Shown piece after piece: positions 35,770 through 50,400 of a DNA stretch of 64,000 nucleotides. Origin of the DNA: Azolla caroliniana. Lineage: Eukaryota > Plantae > Polypodiophyta. The DNA lies in NCBI GenBank assembly GCA_043228905.1, contig JBHGNT010000006.1, positions 23,196,680-23,260,679 of the forward strand, in the 5' to 3' direction. The notes under the pieces were generated by a model. The model saw only the letters and a program-made list of their open reading frames with translations. It had not been told where the DNA came from and ran no database searches. A program made the translations under genes and the position numbers. How positions within the stretch are numbered: the stretch's first letter is position 1; each line of letters starts with the position of its first letter.

Positions 35770-36752
35770 TGTCGGGAACTCAACGCTCCTTATGCACAAC
35801 GCTCGGCCACAACCGAGCTTAGAATCATACACAGAAAACAGGAAACGGAAAACACGCGACACAAAAGGAGAGAAGAGGTACACAGGATATTTACGTGGAA
35901 AACCCAAACTAAGGGAAAAAACCACGGCAGCCCATAGGCTGCAAACTATCACTATGTTGGAATGTACAAATAGTGATTTCACGGAGACAACGACCTCGTG
36001 CTCACGATCTTCGCCACAGGCGGCGGTTACAACAGAGGCAGCAACCTCTTTCTCTCTCTCTCTCTCTATACACTGTTGTGCGCACTGATGTCACGCAGAC
36101 AAGAAATAATAACAACAGCTACTAAAAGTTTGCCCTAAGTCATATTTATACTAACATGAATTTTCGGCTATTTACAAATATAGCCTCGATGGACTCTCAG
36201 AAACATATTTACGAATATGTCTCTTCATCCGGTTCTCACCGGGTCTGCACCATCCGGCTCTCCGTAGCCGGGTACTCCTCATCCGGATCTCACCAAGTCT
36301 GCACCATCCGGCTCTCCGTAGCCGGGTACTCCTCATCCGGTTCTCACCGGGCCTGCACCATCCGGCTCTCCGTAGCCAGGTACTCCTCATCCGGTTCTCA
36401 CCAGGTCTGCACCATCCGGCTCTCCGTAGCCGGGTACTCCTCATCCGGTCCTCACCGGATCTGCACCATCCGGCTCTCCGTAGCCGGGTACTCCTCATCC
36501 GGTCCTCATCGGATCTGCACCATCCGGCTCTCCATAGCCGGGTACTCCTCATCCGGTCCTCACCGGGTTTGCACCATCCGGCTCTCCGTAGCCGGGTACT
36601 CCTCATCCGGTCCTCACCGGGTCTGCATCATCCGGCTCTCCATAGCCGGGTACTCCTCATACGGTTTCGGCCTCGGCTTATCGGCCTCGGCCGAGTTTGC
36701 TTATCAGCATTGTTCTTCTCCCTTCCCATCCAGAGGGACCTGTCTCCCAACA
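35770..36752 (-). mobile_element. Solo LTR of the Copia-B family with about 8 copies of a 54-bp repeat
   Basis: TG..CA ends, TSD TATGT at 35765-35769 and 36753-36757. Reverse-complement similar to 15098-15783. Confidence 0.93.
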
Positions 36753-37065
36753 TATGTCTCCTTTGACAGACATAACAATTTCTTCGTTCAATCCTAAACG
36801 ATGTGCATCCTTAGGATTTCCTTTGCCGGACGCATATCCTTCATTGAGAATGACCTACTGAAGGCCTTCCTCACTATTCGGATCTTCAAATGGTCTCGTC
36901 TGACAATCAACATGTTGTCCATGTACAACATGAGGATGAGGAGATCTCCTCCGTCGAACTTTTTCACAAACATGTAGTGGTTGGCCTGAGTTTTGTGGTA
37001 CCTGTTGTCGGTCTTGAAGGATTCAAAATTTCCATACCATTGCTGAGGTGCCTCCTTCATCCCGT

Positions 37066-38467
37066 TGTCGCGTTGTTACGCGCGTGCGTGGAGAACGAGG
37101 CGGGACCACGGGGGCCTTGGACCGAGAAATAACCGAATGAGAAGACGGGAAGGAAGCTACCGATGTACTTCACACGCGCACAGACACACAGATTTACAGG
37201 AGTTGCAACTAACTCTGGACAATGGAGAGAGAACAAATTGTTGCAAAACGGTGCTCGGCCACAACCGAGGAATAGGATCAACACTTTGAAAACAGGAAAT
37301 ACAGAATGTACGAGACAATAGAAAGAGAGAGTACACAGTATGTTTTACGTGGAAAACCCTAAATGGGAAAAACCACGGGAGTTCTCAAACTCCAACTATC
37401 ACTATGAACAGGGATGTACACTGGTGAAGCTACAAGGCAACAACCTTGAGCTCACTGTCTTCGCCACAGGCGGCGGTAATACACAGAGGCAACGACCTCT
37501 TTGTCTCTCTCTCCCTCTCTCTCGCTCTCTCGGCTGCTCTCACTTCGCTTCCTCTCAGTGGAAAACAGAAAATGAGCAACAACTTTTACAACTGTTTGCC
37601 CTAAGTCATATTTATACACATATGACTTTCGGGCTATTTACAAATATAGCCTCAAAGGGCCCTTGGCAAACATATTCACAAATATGTCCCCGCATCCGGA
37701 TCTCTCTCCGGGTACATACGTCATCCGGCTCCGTAACCGGGGTCTTCAGCATCCGGCTCCGTAACCGGGGTCTTCATCATCCGGCTCCGTAACCGGGGTC
37801 TTCAGCATCCGGCTCCGTAACCGGGGTCTTCATCATCCGGCTCCGCAGCCGGGTACTCTTCATCCGGCTTCATGCCGGGTACTCTTCATCATACGGTTCC
37901 GTAACAGCCTCCGGGCTTGCCGTCATTCATCTCCGGACATCCCATCCGGAGGGACCGAAATCCCAACACAAATGTATATGTATATATAAATCAAGGAGTT
38001 ACAACTGGCAAGCCGGTGAGTGATAGGCTCCGACGCCTGCACACACACGCACAGAACGCGAGATGGAGACTCTACCAGAAGCACTCGGGCGTTCCATGGA
38101 GCAGAGTCACCCTCCCGAAAACCTGCACAGAACGACTATGGAGAAGACAGAGGAGAAGAGCTCGGTTCCAGTCCGGCAGCACTTCGTCCTCCACAAAAAA
38201 AACGTGATCTATTTACAATACCTCTCCCTCTCTTTTATAGCCCAAGGAGGGAGGCCATTACCACCCGTTACATCATGTTTATTCCCTGTCCTTTCAGATA
38301 GGGGTACGCCTCGATTTTCTCCCTAATGAATGCGTGCTACCTAGGATTTCACCTCAGCCGACTTGTACCTATCTACGTACTATACAACAGAACTTGTGCC
38401 CACGTGTAAGGGCCGGTTTACGCACGGTATACCCGGTTTTCGCCTAGGGACAGTTTTCTCCACGACA
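37066..38467 (-). mobile_element. Solo LTR of a Gypsy-type family (related to 51721-52264), itself interrupted by another solo LTR
   Basis: TGTCG...CGACA termini. 4-bp duplication CCGT; removal restores the host peptide ESLYGMK. Shares gaagcactcgg..ctcccgaaa.cctgcacagaa with about 51950. Confidence 0.8.
37239..37968 (-). mobile_element. Solo LTR of a Copia-B-related subfamily with a 28-bp tandem repeat
   Basis: TGTTG...CAACA ends, TSD CAAAT. The repeat catccggctccgtaaccggggtcttca(g/t) occurs about 5 times at 37722-37860. Confidence 0.9.
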
Positions 38468-38549
38468 CCGTACAAGCTTTCTCTCAATTGGCATACTAGG
38501 TTCTCTTTACCTTTCTTCACAAATCCTTTCGGCTGGTGCATATAGATCT

Positions 38550-38642
38550 TGTAAAAGAATACGTGTGTGAAAACTTGTGCGAAAGACACCGAATACATGG
38601 TTCAGTAGTTCAGAACTTCAATAGTTCGGTAAACACAGAGAA

Positions 38643-38687
<45 letters not shown>

Positions 38688-41285
38688 CTAGACAACAACT
38701 TCTATTACGAATAATGAACACTCTGTATATACAATGTGCTCAGTGAAAACTTTTTATACAAGCCCCTGATGACTGGGTTGGCACAAGTACTGACAAGTGC
38801 TTGAATGCTTGTAAATGAGTTTGACACTAATTATGCCTATAATATTCATGTTTAGTATAATAGGAATATAGGCTTCTAACGGCATACCGAAATCTTACTC
38901 TTTTTGATTCGGCTCTCATCCCTCGGCCCTCAGCTTCTTCTACGATTCGGGTCTCCTCGACTGGTCTTCAACCGATTCGACTCTCAGCCCTCGACTTCTT
39001 CTACCGATTCAGGTCTCCTCGATCGGTTTTCAAGCGATTCGGCTATTGGCTTCTTCAGCCGATCGACCCGAATTGAGCTTCCTCGCTCAATGCTCCCCCT
39101 CAAGCTCAGCTTGAGGTCCCGTCGTAGCAGCTTAGGGTGGTTTGGCACTCTAGCCTCCTCTCCTGATGTCCTGACGCCTCGTTCGCACTCCTCGTCTGCT
39201 TCGTCCTTGCGTTCTACGACCCCTATGGTTCAATGCTCCTTGGCTCATTTGGTACCGCACTCCTGAACCCCTATGGTTTGGCCCATGCCAGCTCCCTTGT
39301 TGTTGCGGTATTGGCTCCTCTGAATCGAACATTTAGATTGAATCGGGTGCTTCCGACTCACTTCGATTCTGGAACGAATCGGTTGTCTCCGATTCGTTCT
39401 CCGTCGATATTTGACGACATCCACCCATGTCTTGGTCCTGGCCTTCACTTGGTCGGCTTTGTCCTTCACGACTCTGCCGCCCCGCTTGCCCTTCTCGGCT
39501 CTTACTCCCCCTTGTTCAGATGGCTTTGACTTTGTCTTAGTCTTTTGACCGCTCCCCCTGCATTTGGCTATCCCTCGATTAGCCAATCTTCTTCCATTTG
39601 TTCATGCGTCCTTGGCATCTTCACCCGACCTGGACATTTTGACTTCTTCAATCGGGCCGAAATAAAAAACTTCATCCGATTCGGCTTTGCAGACTTCATC
39701 TCTCTCATTTTCGGCTTCACTCTTCCCTCTTCCAACTCTCCCCCTCAAGCTCGGCATGTCGAGATGTTGTACAAGCATACTCGAAAAATGCCATAACTTG
39801 TCTTGTCCATGATGAAGATATCGACCACTTGCGCATCAGTAGAAACATGCAGAAGTTTGACTTCTCCGGAGACGACTTGCTCGCGGACGAAATGATAGTG
39901 CACCTCAATGTGCTTAGTCCGGGCATGGAAGATGGGGTTCTTCGCAAGTTGGATATTGCTAAGGTTGTCAAAGTATATCACTGACAATTCGGACACCTTC
40001 ACATGTCGATCCTTCAATAGCCTTTTCAGCCAAATGGCTTCGCATGTATTGACAGCCACCCCTCGATACTTGGCCTCAATGCTGGACAGTGCCATTGTCA
40101 ACAACTTTGTGCTGCACCAGGCGATCGTGGCGCTTCCCAGTGAAAACACGAACCCAGATGTTGACCTACGATTGCGAGCATTTCCGGCCCAATCGACATT
40201 CAAGTAGCCAACAAGTTGTTTGGCTACTCCTGTCTGATACATCAACGCCCTATCCTTAGTACCGCACACATACCACAATATTCTTTGTGTGCACTGAAGG
40301 TGTTCAGTCTTGGGCTATGACATGAATTGACTAATCAAGCTGACTGGGTAGCTGAGATCCAGCCGAATGATCGTCAAGTAGATGAGGCTTCCGACAATAT
40401 GTCGGAACCGTGTCGGGTTGCACAACTTTCATGAACCTTGGCGAAACTTAACATTTCTATCAAGAGGGGTTGAGACGGTTTTACAATCCGCCATCCCAAA
40501 TGGTGTTCGCGGATTAATATGCCTTCGATCAGTTTGATCGCAAGGAAATAATGAAGGTCCCCCATATCCTTCATCTCGAATGATACCACAAGGTGAGACT
40601 TAACTCGGCCAATTTCTCTGAGGTTGGCATTGGCGACGACTAAATCGTCGACATATAGCAAGATGCTAATCGGTCCGGTCCGACTCTACCGAATGAACAA
40701 TGAAGAGTCTGATTTTGATGGAGCAAACCCCATCCTACGCAATCTCTGCGTGATGTTCGCATTCCAAGCATGCGAGGCTTGCTTCAATCCGTAGAATGAC
40801 TTCTTCAATTGGCAAAATGCTTCAGTCCGTACCATGACTTCTGTTGTGTTCGCTTTTTTGTCAGCTACTCTGATACCATGTAAAAGAATACGTGTGCGAA
40901 AGACACCGAGTAGATAGTTCACTAGTTCGGAACTTCGACAGATAGGTAAACACAGAGAATGTAAGAGAGAGAGAGAGAGAAAGAAAGAGAGCGCAGACAA
41001 CAATTTCTATTACGAATAATGAACACTCTGTACATACAATGTGCTCAGGAGAACTTTTTATACAAGCCCTGACGAGTGGGCTGACATAAGTACTTACAAG
41101 TACTTGAATGCTCATAAATGAGCTTGACACTGATTTTGCGTAAAATATTCCTATTTACTATAATAGGAATATAGGCTTCTAACGGCCTGCAAAAATCTAA
41201 CGCTTTTTGATTCGGATCTCAACCCTCGGTTTCTTTTGCCAATTCGGGTCTCCTCGATCAGTCTTCAACCGATCCAATTTCCCCC
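38550..41285 (-). mobile_element. Internally deleted Copia (A-related): LTR, PBS, [deletion], RT/RNase H, extension, LTR
   Basis: LTRs start tgtaaaagaatacgtgtg at 38550 and 40879. PBS at 40868-40878 lies almost directly next to RT (CQLKKSFYGLKQAS, YVDD). RNase H at 39745-40278. Confidence 0.85.
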
Positions 41286-41704
41286 TCTAGTCCTTTGCCA
41301 CATGCACGTAGGCAAGATAACCGAACACCCTCAGATGTCGGTACGATACGTCTTTGCAACTCCACACGCTTTCTGAACTATCACCGTCCAAGGGTATTGA
41401 AGGTCATCGATTTATCACATATGTTATCCTCATCAACACCTCAACCCAGAACATCTTTGGCAACTTTGCATGTGCAAGAATACTTCAGACCCTCTCCATT
41501 ACAGTCCGGTTCATTCTCTCGGCTAGCCCATTGAGCTTTGGCATCTTCAACACGGTATACTCGAGCCGGATTCCCTGCGCTCGGCAATATTCTTTGAACG
41601 GTCCGTGGTACACTCCGCCATTGTCCGCTTGGACTTCCTTCAGTTTTCGGCCGAATTTTCTCTCGACCCTCGCTTGGAACTCTTTGAAGATGGATAACAT
41701 TTGA

Positions 41705-41946
41705 GTATTATGTATATATGTATGTCAATATATATGGCCGATTCTAATATGTATGTGGTATGTAATGCATGTATGTATGTGTATGTACATATTTACATAT
41801 GGTAATATATATTTGTACATATATTTATGTTTAGTTAGTATGCATGTATAAATGGGTGTAATGTATGTATATACATATTCATGGATGTAATGTTTGAATG
41901 TAGGTATATATAGATGCATGCATGTATATGTATGTATGTATATATG
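41705..41946. repeat. Low-complexity (TATG/TA)n tract
   Basis: Directly visible. Confidence 0.7.
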
Positions 41947-42179
41947 CTACTCCAAATTTGAGTATTGTTTGCATAATATATTCTTTACTATCTCATTGAA
42001 ATATCTAATATTTCATGGGCTTCTATGATTTATTTTTTCCAACATAATTGATAATACCCTTATGTAAATATATTTTCAAATCTTTAATACCCTTATATAT
42101 ATATTATGTATCTCACTGATTAATTAAAACCCCTTTTGGTGAACTCACGTCTTATCATACAAGTTTTGACACTGAAGCC

Positions 42180-45100
42180 CCCGAGGGTCTAACATGAATT
42201 GCTGAAGCTTGTCGGTTCCTAGGGCTTTGGTGAAGATGTCGGCTGTCTGAAGATTTGCGTTGATGTGTTGAAGGTCGACATCTCCAGCCTGAACGCGATC
42301 TTGAATGAAGTGATAGTGCACTTCGATATGCTTCGTGCGTGCGTGGAACACTGGGTTTCGAGCCAGATGAATATTGCTCATGTTGTCGCAGTAAAGGGGA
42401 ATTGGATCTTTGATGGGAACACCTAGATCCTTTAATATCCTCTTGAGCCATACAACTTCACATGCAGCCATCGCCACACCCCTGTATTTAGCATCTGTGC
42501 TCGCAAGAGTGACGGTGGGTTGCTTCTTGCTACTCCAAGAGATGGTTCCACTTCTGAGGGAGAAGATGAAACCAAAGGTTGATCATCGATCGGCTTTGTA
42601 GCCAGCCCAGTTGGCATCTGTGTACCCTTTGAGTTGAATTGGTGTGACCAACATACAGAGAATGTCATAGTCCATCGTTTTAGCACTTGCTTACACAATC
42701 TGAATGGATATCTCATGGAGTTTGGATGAATTGGGTAAGGAGGCTGACTAGATAGCTTAGGTCGGGTCGAGTGATCGTGAGGTAGATGAGGCTCCCAATC
42801 AGTTGTCGATACTGAGTCAACTCACACTCTATGGTGCCAGAGTCGGCATCCAGATTGAGGTTTCGATCGAGAGGGGTTGCCATAGATTTGCACTTGGTCA
42901 TCCCGAACTTGTATAACAAGTCAAGTATGTAGTGCCATTGAGAGATCATTACTCCGGTTGGAGTCCGTATTTCCTCGATGCCAAGGAAGTAATGGAGCTT
43001 TTTTATGTCCGTCATATCGAATTTGCTGGAGAGGAGGAACTTGACCTTGTTGATGTCGACTAAATTCTCATCTCCAATGACCAGATCATCCACGTATAGG
43101 ATGATGACAATTGGACTTTCGGAATTGCTTCTTCAATAGAGAGAATTGTCAAATTTTGACATTCGGAAGCCGATTCAATGAAAATATTGTGTTATCTTCG
43201 AGTACCAAGCTTGTTGGATTCGAAGCTGAGTGGTTGTACCCTGTACACCTCCTCTTCTAATTCACCTTGAAGAAAGGCGTTCTTGACATCCATCTGGTGG
43301 AGGTGCCACCCTTTCGCTGTAGCAAGCGCTATTTCGGTCCGCATGGTTGTCATCTTTGCCACGGGGGCAAAGGTCTCTTCATAATTGACTCCTTGTGTTT
43401 GTGTGTAGCCCTTTGCTATGAGTTGAGCTTTGTAGCGGTTGATGGAACCGTCCATGTTATACTTCACTTTGTATATCCATTTGCAACCGATTGCCTTCTT
43501 GTGTGGTGAGTGAGGGACGAGATCCCATGTCTCGTTCTTCCTGAGAGCTTGCATCTCCTCGTTCATCGCTTCGACCCATCACGGATCTTTAACGGCTTCC
43601 GCATAGCTCTCTGGTTCTCGAACTGCTGTCACCTTCATCATAAAGACATAGTGATATGCCATATAGTCGTTGTAGCCGAATTGGCTAACCAAATTCTTCT
43701 CTCGGGTGGAGTAACGGAGTTTCTCATTTGCCTATGTGAGTGCTTTCTCAAATCTGGGTGGGCTCATAAGAGGCACATCAAAGCCATCGAACTCACTATT
43801 GAGTGAGTGAGTCGATTCGTTGTTGTAGAAGTGATCGTCTTCATATTCCGGCATTTTGGCCTTCCCTTTGTCCATCTTTGGACTTGACTGAGATATGCTT
43901 TGGTTGCTCGGAGGCTCTTGTGGTCCGCTCAATCTGGTTGAGATCAGACTCTCTTCGATTTTCGACCTTAGTTTATCGTCGTCTTCTGTGTTGTCGAGGT
44001 CGTTCGTAGATAGTTCGGGAGGAGTCGGCTAGGGTTTGTACCATGATGTCGATTCGTCAAAGACAACATCCCGACTTACACGAGATTTCTGAGTAGAGGG
44101 GTTGAAGCAATTGTATCCCTTTTGCTCTAGTGAGTACTCCACGAGAATGCACTTTGATTTTGGGTCAAGCCTCTGCCGCTTCTCACTGGGAATGTGCACG
44201 TATGCAATGGAGTCGAATATCCTTACATGGGATAGATCCGGCTTCTTCCCATAGTATTTCTCATGCGGGGTGACCTCGTGCAGTCCGGATGTTGTGCACC
44301 GGTTCATGAGGTAGACGGCGGTATTTGTAGCTTCTGCCCAATATGACTTGGGCATATGCTTCTTATTTAGCATGGCCCTTGCTACTTCAAGGATATGTCG
44401 ATTCTTGAGTTTGGCTTCACCGTTCTGTTGCGGTGTTTGTCAGCAAGTGAATTCTCGCGAAATTCCTTCTTGTCGAAGGTATGCCGTGAACGCATCGGAG
44501 AAGTATTCCTTTCCTTCGTCCGACTGAAGACATCGTACATGGCAGCCAATTGTCTTTTCGACTTCGCTTTTGAATTTTTGGAAGTGTGGAAACACTTTGC
44601 TCTTCATCCTCATGGGAAAGATCCATGTGTATCTAGAGAAGTCGTCGATGAAGGTAACATAGTACCGACATCCTCCGAATGTGGCCGTTTGTGCCGGTCC
44701 CCACACATCCGAGTGGACTACGTTCAATGGGCCTTTGCTCACGTTCCTCTCCTTCGGGAATGGGTGTCGATGTTGCTTGCTGAATTGGCATGCTTCACAT
44801 ACTCCTTCAATCTCTTTCTCTTTGAAGTTCGGGAGCCCAATGAAGACTCCTTTCAATTGCATCGCCTTAAGTTTATAGAGATTGATATGGCCGACTCTTT
44901 TATGCCATAGATCTTTGTCGGTGTCAGGTTTGAGGCCTTTTGCAAACATGGACGATTTTACCTCATTCGCTTCGAGGATAAACATTCGGCCTTCCCCTTC
45001 GACCACGAGCAATTAGTTGGCCTTCCTTCTCGATGAAGCAACCACCTTAGTTGCATCAAATTTGCATCCCTTGCTCCACAATTTGGCCGACCGAGACCAA

Positions 45101-46488
45101 ATTCTTCGTTATGGTGGGTACATGTAAGACATTTTTTATGCAAGTTTGTTCGGTGTCTTTCCCGAATGGGACATTGCCGACATGCCAAATCGGATGAGTG
45201 GTGTCGTCTCCGGTGTCGATATAATCGGGTCGATCCGGCTCTCATAAGTCTCGAAACTATTCTTGATGGGACGTCAAATGGTTCGAGGCACCGGAGTTGA
45301 CGAACCATGCATTTTCTGGATTGGAGGCATTAGTCGAAGTAGAGGCCGACATAGAATTTGCTCTATGCCTCATCACGAACATTCTGCCATGGTCTTCATA
45401 ATCCGAGTTGGTGGCATAATTTGAGTTCTCGGCTTGTGGAAGACAACTCGTGCTTCTTCTTCATGGTGGCCAATTTTTCCGCAATAACCGCATTCGATCG
45501 AGGTTTGTTTGCTCGGACTGGAATGGAAGCTCCCCCTTCTTCTGAAGGTTCCTCGATGGCTTCTGTCTTGTTGTCGAAATTGGGAATTGTTGTCGTAAGT
45601 CGGACCTCGTCCGCCTTGTCCTTGGCCGAATAGGCATCTTGCTCGGCCGCGTCCTCTTCCACCGTTCGAATGTGTGTAGAGCATGTGGCCTTCTGAGGCG
45701 TTGCTCCTTGTTCGAACATGGTTTTCTTCAACCAACAACATGGATTGAAGATCAAAGAAACAGGGAGGACTCTCCTTTGCTAGTACGACGGTTCTCATTG
45801 CGCTGAACCGTGGTGCAAGGCCATCGAGGCATATTTGCACCATCTTATCATCCTCCACATTGACACTTATTGAGCCGAGTGAATCACAAAGCTCCTTGAT
45901 CTTCAAGGTGTAGCTTGTGATGGACATGTCCCGTTGTTGGATGTTGTTCAACTCTTGGCGGAGTTGAAGCTTTCGTGCCGTCGTATTGGCGGAGAATATC
46001 TTCCTTAGATTCTCCCATGCTTCCTTTGGCGTCGTGGTTTCTCGAACGTAGCCGAGCATGTGGTCATGAACACATGTCTCCATGAATACATTACTCGACT
46101 CGCCGCTTGCTCCCATGTTGAGTAGTCGGTGTCCTTTGGGTCGGGTTGATTTTCTTGTGCTCCTTTGATGTAGCTCCAATAACCTTGACCGACAAGGTAT
46201 TGGTGCATCTTGTATTTCCAAGATGCGAAGTTGTTTCGGTCGAACTTCTCGCTAGGGAGAGCGCTCCCCATTTGAGTATTCATAGTGTTCGATGTAGATT
46301 TCTTCCTTCTTCTTCTCTCTTGAACATGAGCTAAGTAGCTGCACTATGATAGCGATGAGCCGGTTCTTCTTGAACGTCGACGTGGAGCACAACAGACGCA
46401 GATGGGCTAGATCGAGCTACCAAACCACTCTGATACCATGTAATGAATCGATGGTGATTCTTGTGCAGCGGAATAGGTTAGAGATGTG

Positions 46489-46559
<71 letters not shown>

Positions 46560-46863
46560 CACAAGATCGATAGAATAGACAATAGAAAATACTCAAGAAG
46601 ATTGTATATTACAAAGGAGATTAACCGACATGTTACAAAGTAGGAGAAGAGTGCAGTTTATATAGTCACTCTCTCTTCATTAACTACCGAAGCTCATGAG
46701 TCATGGGGAATGTGGAAACTCATTAGTTATGTGTCATAGAATATGATTCTATGACACATAGTTCATGTGTAAAGAGTAGTGGTGTGACTTTTGAACTTTG
46801 AGGGTTCATACACTCTCAAGGGTATGCTCACACACTAGGCTAGGTTGAGATTGATTCTCAACA
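42180..46863 (-). mobile_element. 3'-truncated Copia element (A-related), gag-pol decayed
   Basis: 5' LTR 46439-46863 with (TG)n(GA)n. PBS at 46427-46438. gag EKFDRNNFASW, CGYCGKIGH, INT, RT and RNase H ORF pieces from 46283 down to 42145. Confidence 0.9.
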
Positions 46864-47420
46864 TTACCCAAGAGACATTATACACTGCTCATCGCAGATA
46901 TACCATTTTTCTTCAATGCACCACATCCAATATATCTTTTGCTCTTCAATCAAACTACGAGTAGCCAATCTTTTATGGTCGTCATACAACATTTGTTCTA
47001 CACCATGGATTACCACATCTAGAAAATGTAAGAAGAGCCTACATCCCTCTTGTGGCTCCCATTGTGAGCTAGATGACTATTGTTTGGCATACAACATCGT
47101 CTGGTTGTGGTCAATTGAACTTTTTTTATGAGTAAGATGTGGTTAAAACTAATATTATTAAGTGGAGCAAGAACCCTACACCAAGTCCCATCACCATCCA
47201 CGCAGAAGTGTTTCAAGTCATAAACTTCATCCAAATGCTATACATCTGGCTTTAGGGTATAAGCTTCAGTGATCAACTTTGATAACATAGGAAGCCTGAA
47301 AGCATCACATCTCACTAGTTTATTTAAGAATTGGTTAAACATTTGATCTATATGATCACGTGTATGAACAACTAGTAAGAAGTTTACCTTAAGCTTTTTA
47401 AATATGCGCCTCTTTGCTAG
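46864..47420 (-). pseudogene. Third fragment of the Sola-like transposase
   Basis: IFKKLKVNFLLVVHTRDHIDQMF...DAFRLPML...EAYTLKPDV and VYDLKHF...LAPLNNISFNHILLIKK are colinear with 7506-8729. Confidence 0.85.
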
Positions 47421-47424
47421 CATG

Positions 47425-50400
47425 CCCCTCGCTGTCACCTTTTCCACATCCTCTGGCCTTCGCTCGAGCTACTGTATTCATGTTGCCATCAGCTCCTCCT
47501 GACCGACATCCACAAGGCTATCGTCCGCTCCACCGGCATGACCGTCTTCTGTGCAAACATTAGTTTGGATAGCATGTATCCGGTCACCGAACTCTGCATA
47601 GTTAGGTCTACCCATAAAGCATAAGGAAGAAGCCTCTGCAGGTTCCCGACTCATCCGTCGCATGCCCGCACTATTGCTTTGACGATCGACCCGTGCCCTT
47701 GCTCAACCTTCCTGTTAGCTTCCAGATTGTATGCCATCGTGAGGGAAAAATTGACCCCTTGTTGGTCGAACAACTCCTCAACTTCTTGCACTTCCAACTC
47801 CCCTAGGTCAGCCACTATCTTCCCGATGCATCCGTACTGGCAAATCACATCCTCGATCAAGAACTTACACACTGTTGTGGTCTTCTTCTTCATTATGGCC
47901 CAAGCCTCCCCTGGTTCGTCAGTCTTCTCGCACAAGAACTAGATATCTCATCTACTCTACTCCCATCAGCATCATCACTAGGTCGACCATCCACTTTAAG
48001 TGGATGGCTAGCGGGTAGGTCGGGTGCAACTTGTCCCTGTGCCCGATCGTCGTATGTACCTAATAGCTCTCGCATGTCGTCACGAAGTGCTGCACATCCA
48101 TGTACACTCTAGGCAACCAATACTTCTCCATTAGCTTCTCAAACGTGGCCCACGTGCCCCGATGTTAGAACTAGGGGATTTCATGAAGTTCCGATATCAG
48201 CACCGATTGATTCACCTCCATCATCACTACCCGAAGCGGTGTGCCAATCCGCTTCTTTAGATGCCACTAGATTTTCCGGCCTTGTAAGAAAAACCGATAT
48301 GCCTTCTTCCAGATCCAACCCACATCCTCTTGCATCCGTGATGTATACAACACCATCGTGCTTAGGAACCTCCTGATCAAAAGCCACTCCCCATCGTAGT
48401 TGTTCGCATCGAACTTGTTAAGGGCCGGAGTGCTTCCTCTATTGGCCAACATCCGAGCTGACTAGAAGAAGTCCATGCCGACCTCTTCGTCCTCTGATAC
48501 CATGAAGTCCTCTCCTTCGAATTGAGATCCTAATAGCATATCGACCATGGTATTGTCTTTTCTAGAGATGCTTCGTATCTCATGATTCAAGGACTTGATG
48601 TATGCAATCCACCTAAGCATTGCCAGGTCCGGAGTCGCACATCCGGAAACCATACTGAGGATCGGTAGGCAATCCGTCTCAATAATTACCTTTGTCTCGA
48701 TCAAGTAATCGTTGTCTTGGGGTTATCCTCATTGTCACTCACTCAGCACCTCCGCACCAAACCGGATGGGGAACCACCTGCTGGCCTCGTCTTCATTGTT
48801 GAGCACCCATCGGATTCTGGCCAGACTTGTGTCGACCGTCCCATAAACTGGAGCGCCGACTTTGTACACAACTTTCTGGAGAGTCGGTGTCGCCATCAAC
48901 ATCTCCTTTAATCTCTTAACTGCCTCTGTGTGTGCGCTCTTCAGTCCATTCGAACCTTTGTCCTTTCTTCAACAAGACATAGAGCGGCTAGGCAATGTGG
49001 GAGTAATGCGGGATCCATATGTGGTAGAAGATGCATGGTCCTAGAAACCGCGGAACCTCTGTGACCAACCCGCACACTTCCTTCATACCCAAAATGGCCT
49101 CTACCTTTGCTGAAGATGGTTTTCGGTTGTAAGGCCTGTATAGGTGTCTGACCACTAGGACCTCTGATTGTTCGAACCAGGGGCTTTCATGAAATTTCGA
49201 TACGAGCACCGACTAGTTCTCCTCCTTCATCACCACTCGAAGAGGTGTGCTGATCCGCTTCTTCGGATGCTCGTGTTCGAACTAGGGGCTTTCATGAAAT
49301 TACGATACGAGCACCAACTAGTTCTCCTCCATCACCACCCTGAGCAGTGTGCCGATCCGCTTCTTCGAATGCTGCCAAATTTTCCTGTCTCATAGGAAAA
49401 AATGGTATGCCATCTTCCGGATCCAACCCACTTCCTCTTGTGTCCACAATGTATATGGCACCATTGTGCTTAGGAACCTACCAATCAAAAGACACTCCCC
49501 ATTGTCCTTGGTCTGGTTGAACTCTTTAAGGGTCGGAGTGCTTCGTCAGTTCGCCAACATCTCAGCTGACTTCAAGATGTCCATGCCGACCTCTTCGTCC
49601 TTCAATACCATGTCGTCCTCTCCTTCGAACCGAGATGTTGATAGCATATCGGCCATGGTATTGTGTTTTTCAGAGATGTGCCGTATCTCATGATTCAAGG
49701 ACTTGATGTATGCAATCCACATGAGCATCGCAAGGTCCACAATCACACATCTAGAAACCATATCGAGGATCGGCAGGCAATCCGTCTCAATAATTACCTC
49801 TGTCCCAATCAAGTAATCGTTCTCTTGAGGCTATCATCATTGTCGCTCACTCAACGCCTCTTCACCAAACCGGATGGGGAACTACCTGCTGGCCTCATCT
49901 TCGTGGTAAATCACCCATCCGATTCTCGTTAGACTAGTGTCAACCGTCACATAAACCGGAGCGCCCACTTTGTACAGAGCTTTCTGGAGAACCAATGCTC
50001 TTCCGTCTATTTGAACCTTTGTCCTTTCTTGAACAAGCCATAGAGAGGCTTGGCGATGTGTGAGTAATGTGGGATCCATATGTGGTAGAAGGTGCCCGAC
50101 CCCAGAAACCGTCGAACCACCGTGACTGACCCGCACACTTCCTTCATCACCGAGATGGCCTCTTCCTTTGTTAGAGACGGTTTCCGGCCGTAAGGCCCAC
50201 ATTGGTGTTCAACCACTAGAACCTCTTATTGTCCGAACGCCGATTTCTCTTCGGAGAAGGTGAGCTGTGCACCTTCGAGCCGGTCCATTATTTTCTCGTA
50301 GTCGGCAATGTGGTTCAACACGAACCTTTGACATCCGTCCTCTGCGACTGTTTCGTCCTTTTTATCCTCTAGACATCCCTTGATCGAGACGTCGTCCAAA

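Larger units (their letters stand above)
29615..41704 (-). mobile_element. Decayed Copia (B-related) that hosts several later insertions
   Basis: 3' LTR 29615-30177, PPT at 30181. RNase H/RT at 30190-30797 continues at 35570-35769, 36758-37065 and 38472-38549. Integrase fragment at 41290-41704. Confidence 0.8.

Noticed and set aside
36156-36797. 213-aa repetitive ORF (and similar ORFs at 15039-15380 and 62651-63377)
   Set aside because: These are by-products of a stop-free 54-bp (multiple of 3) LTR minisatellite and are open in several frames.
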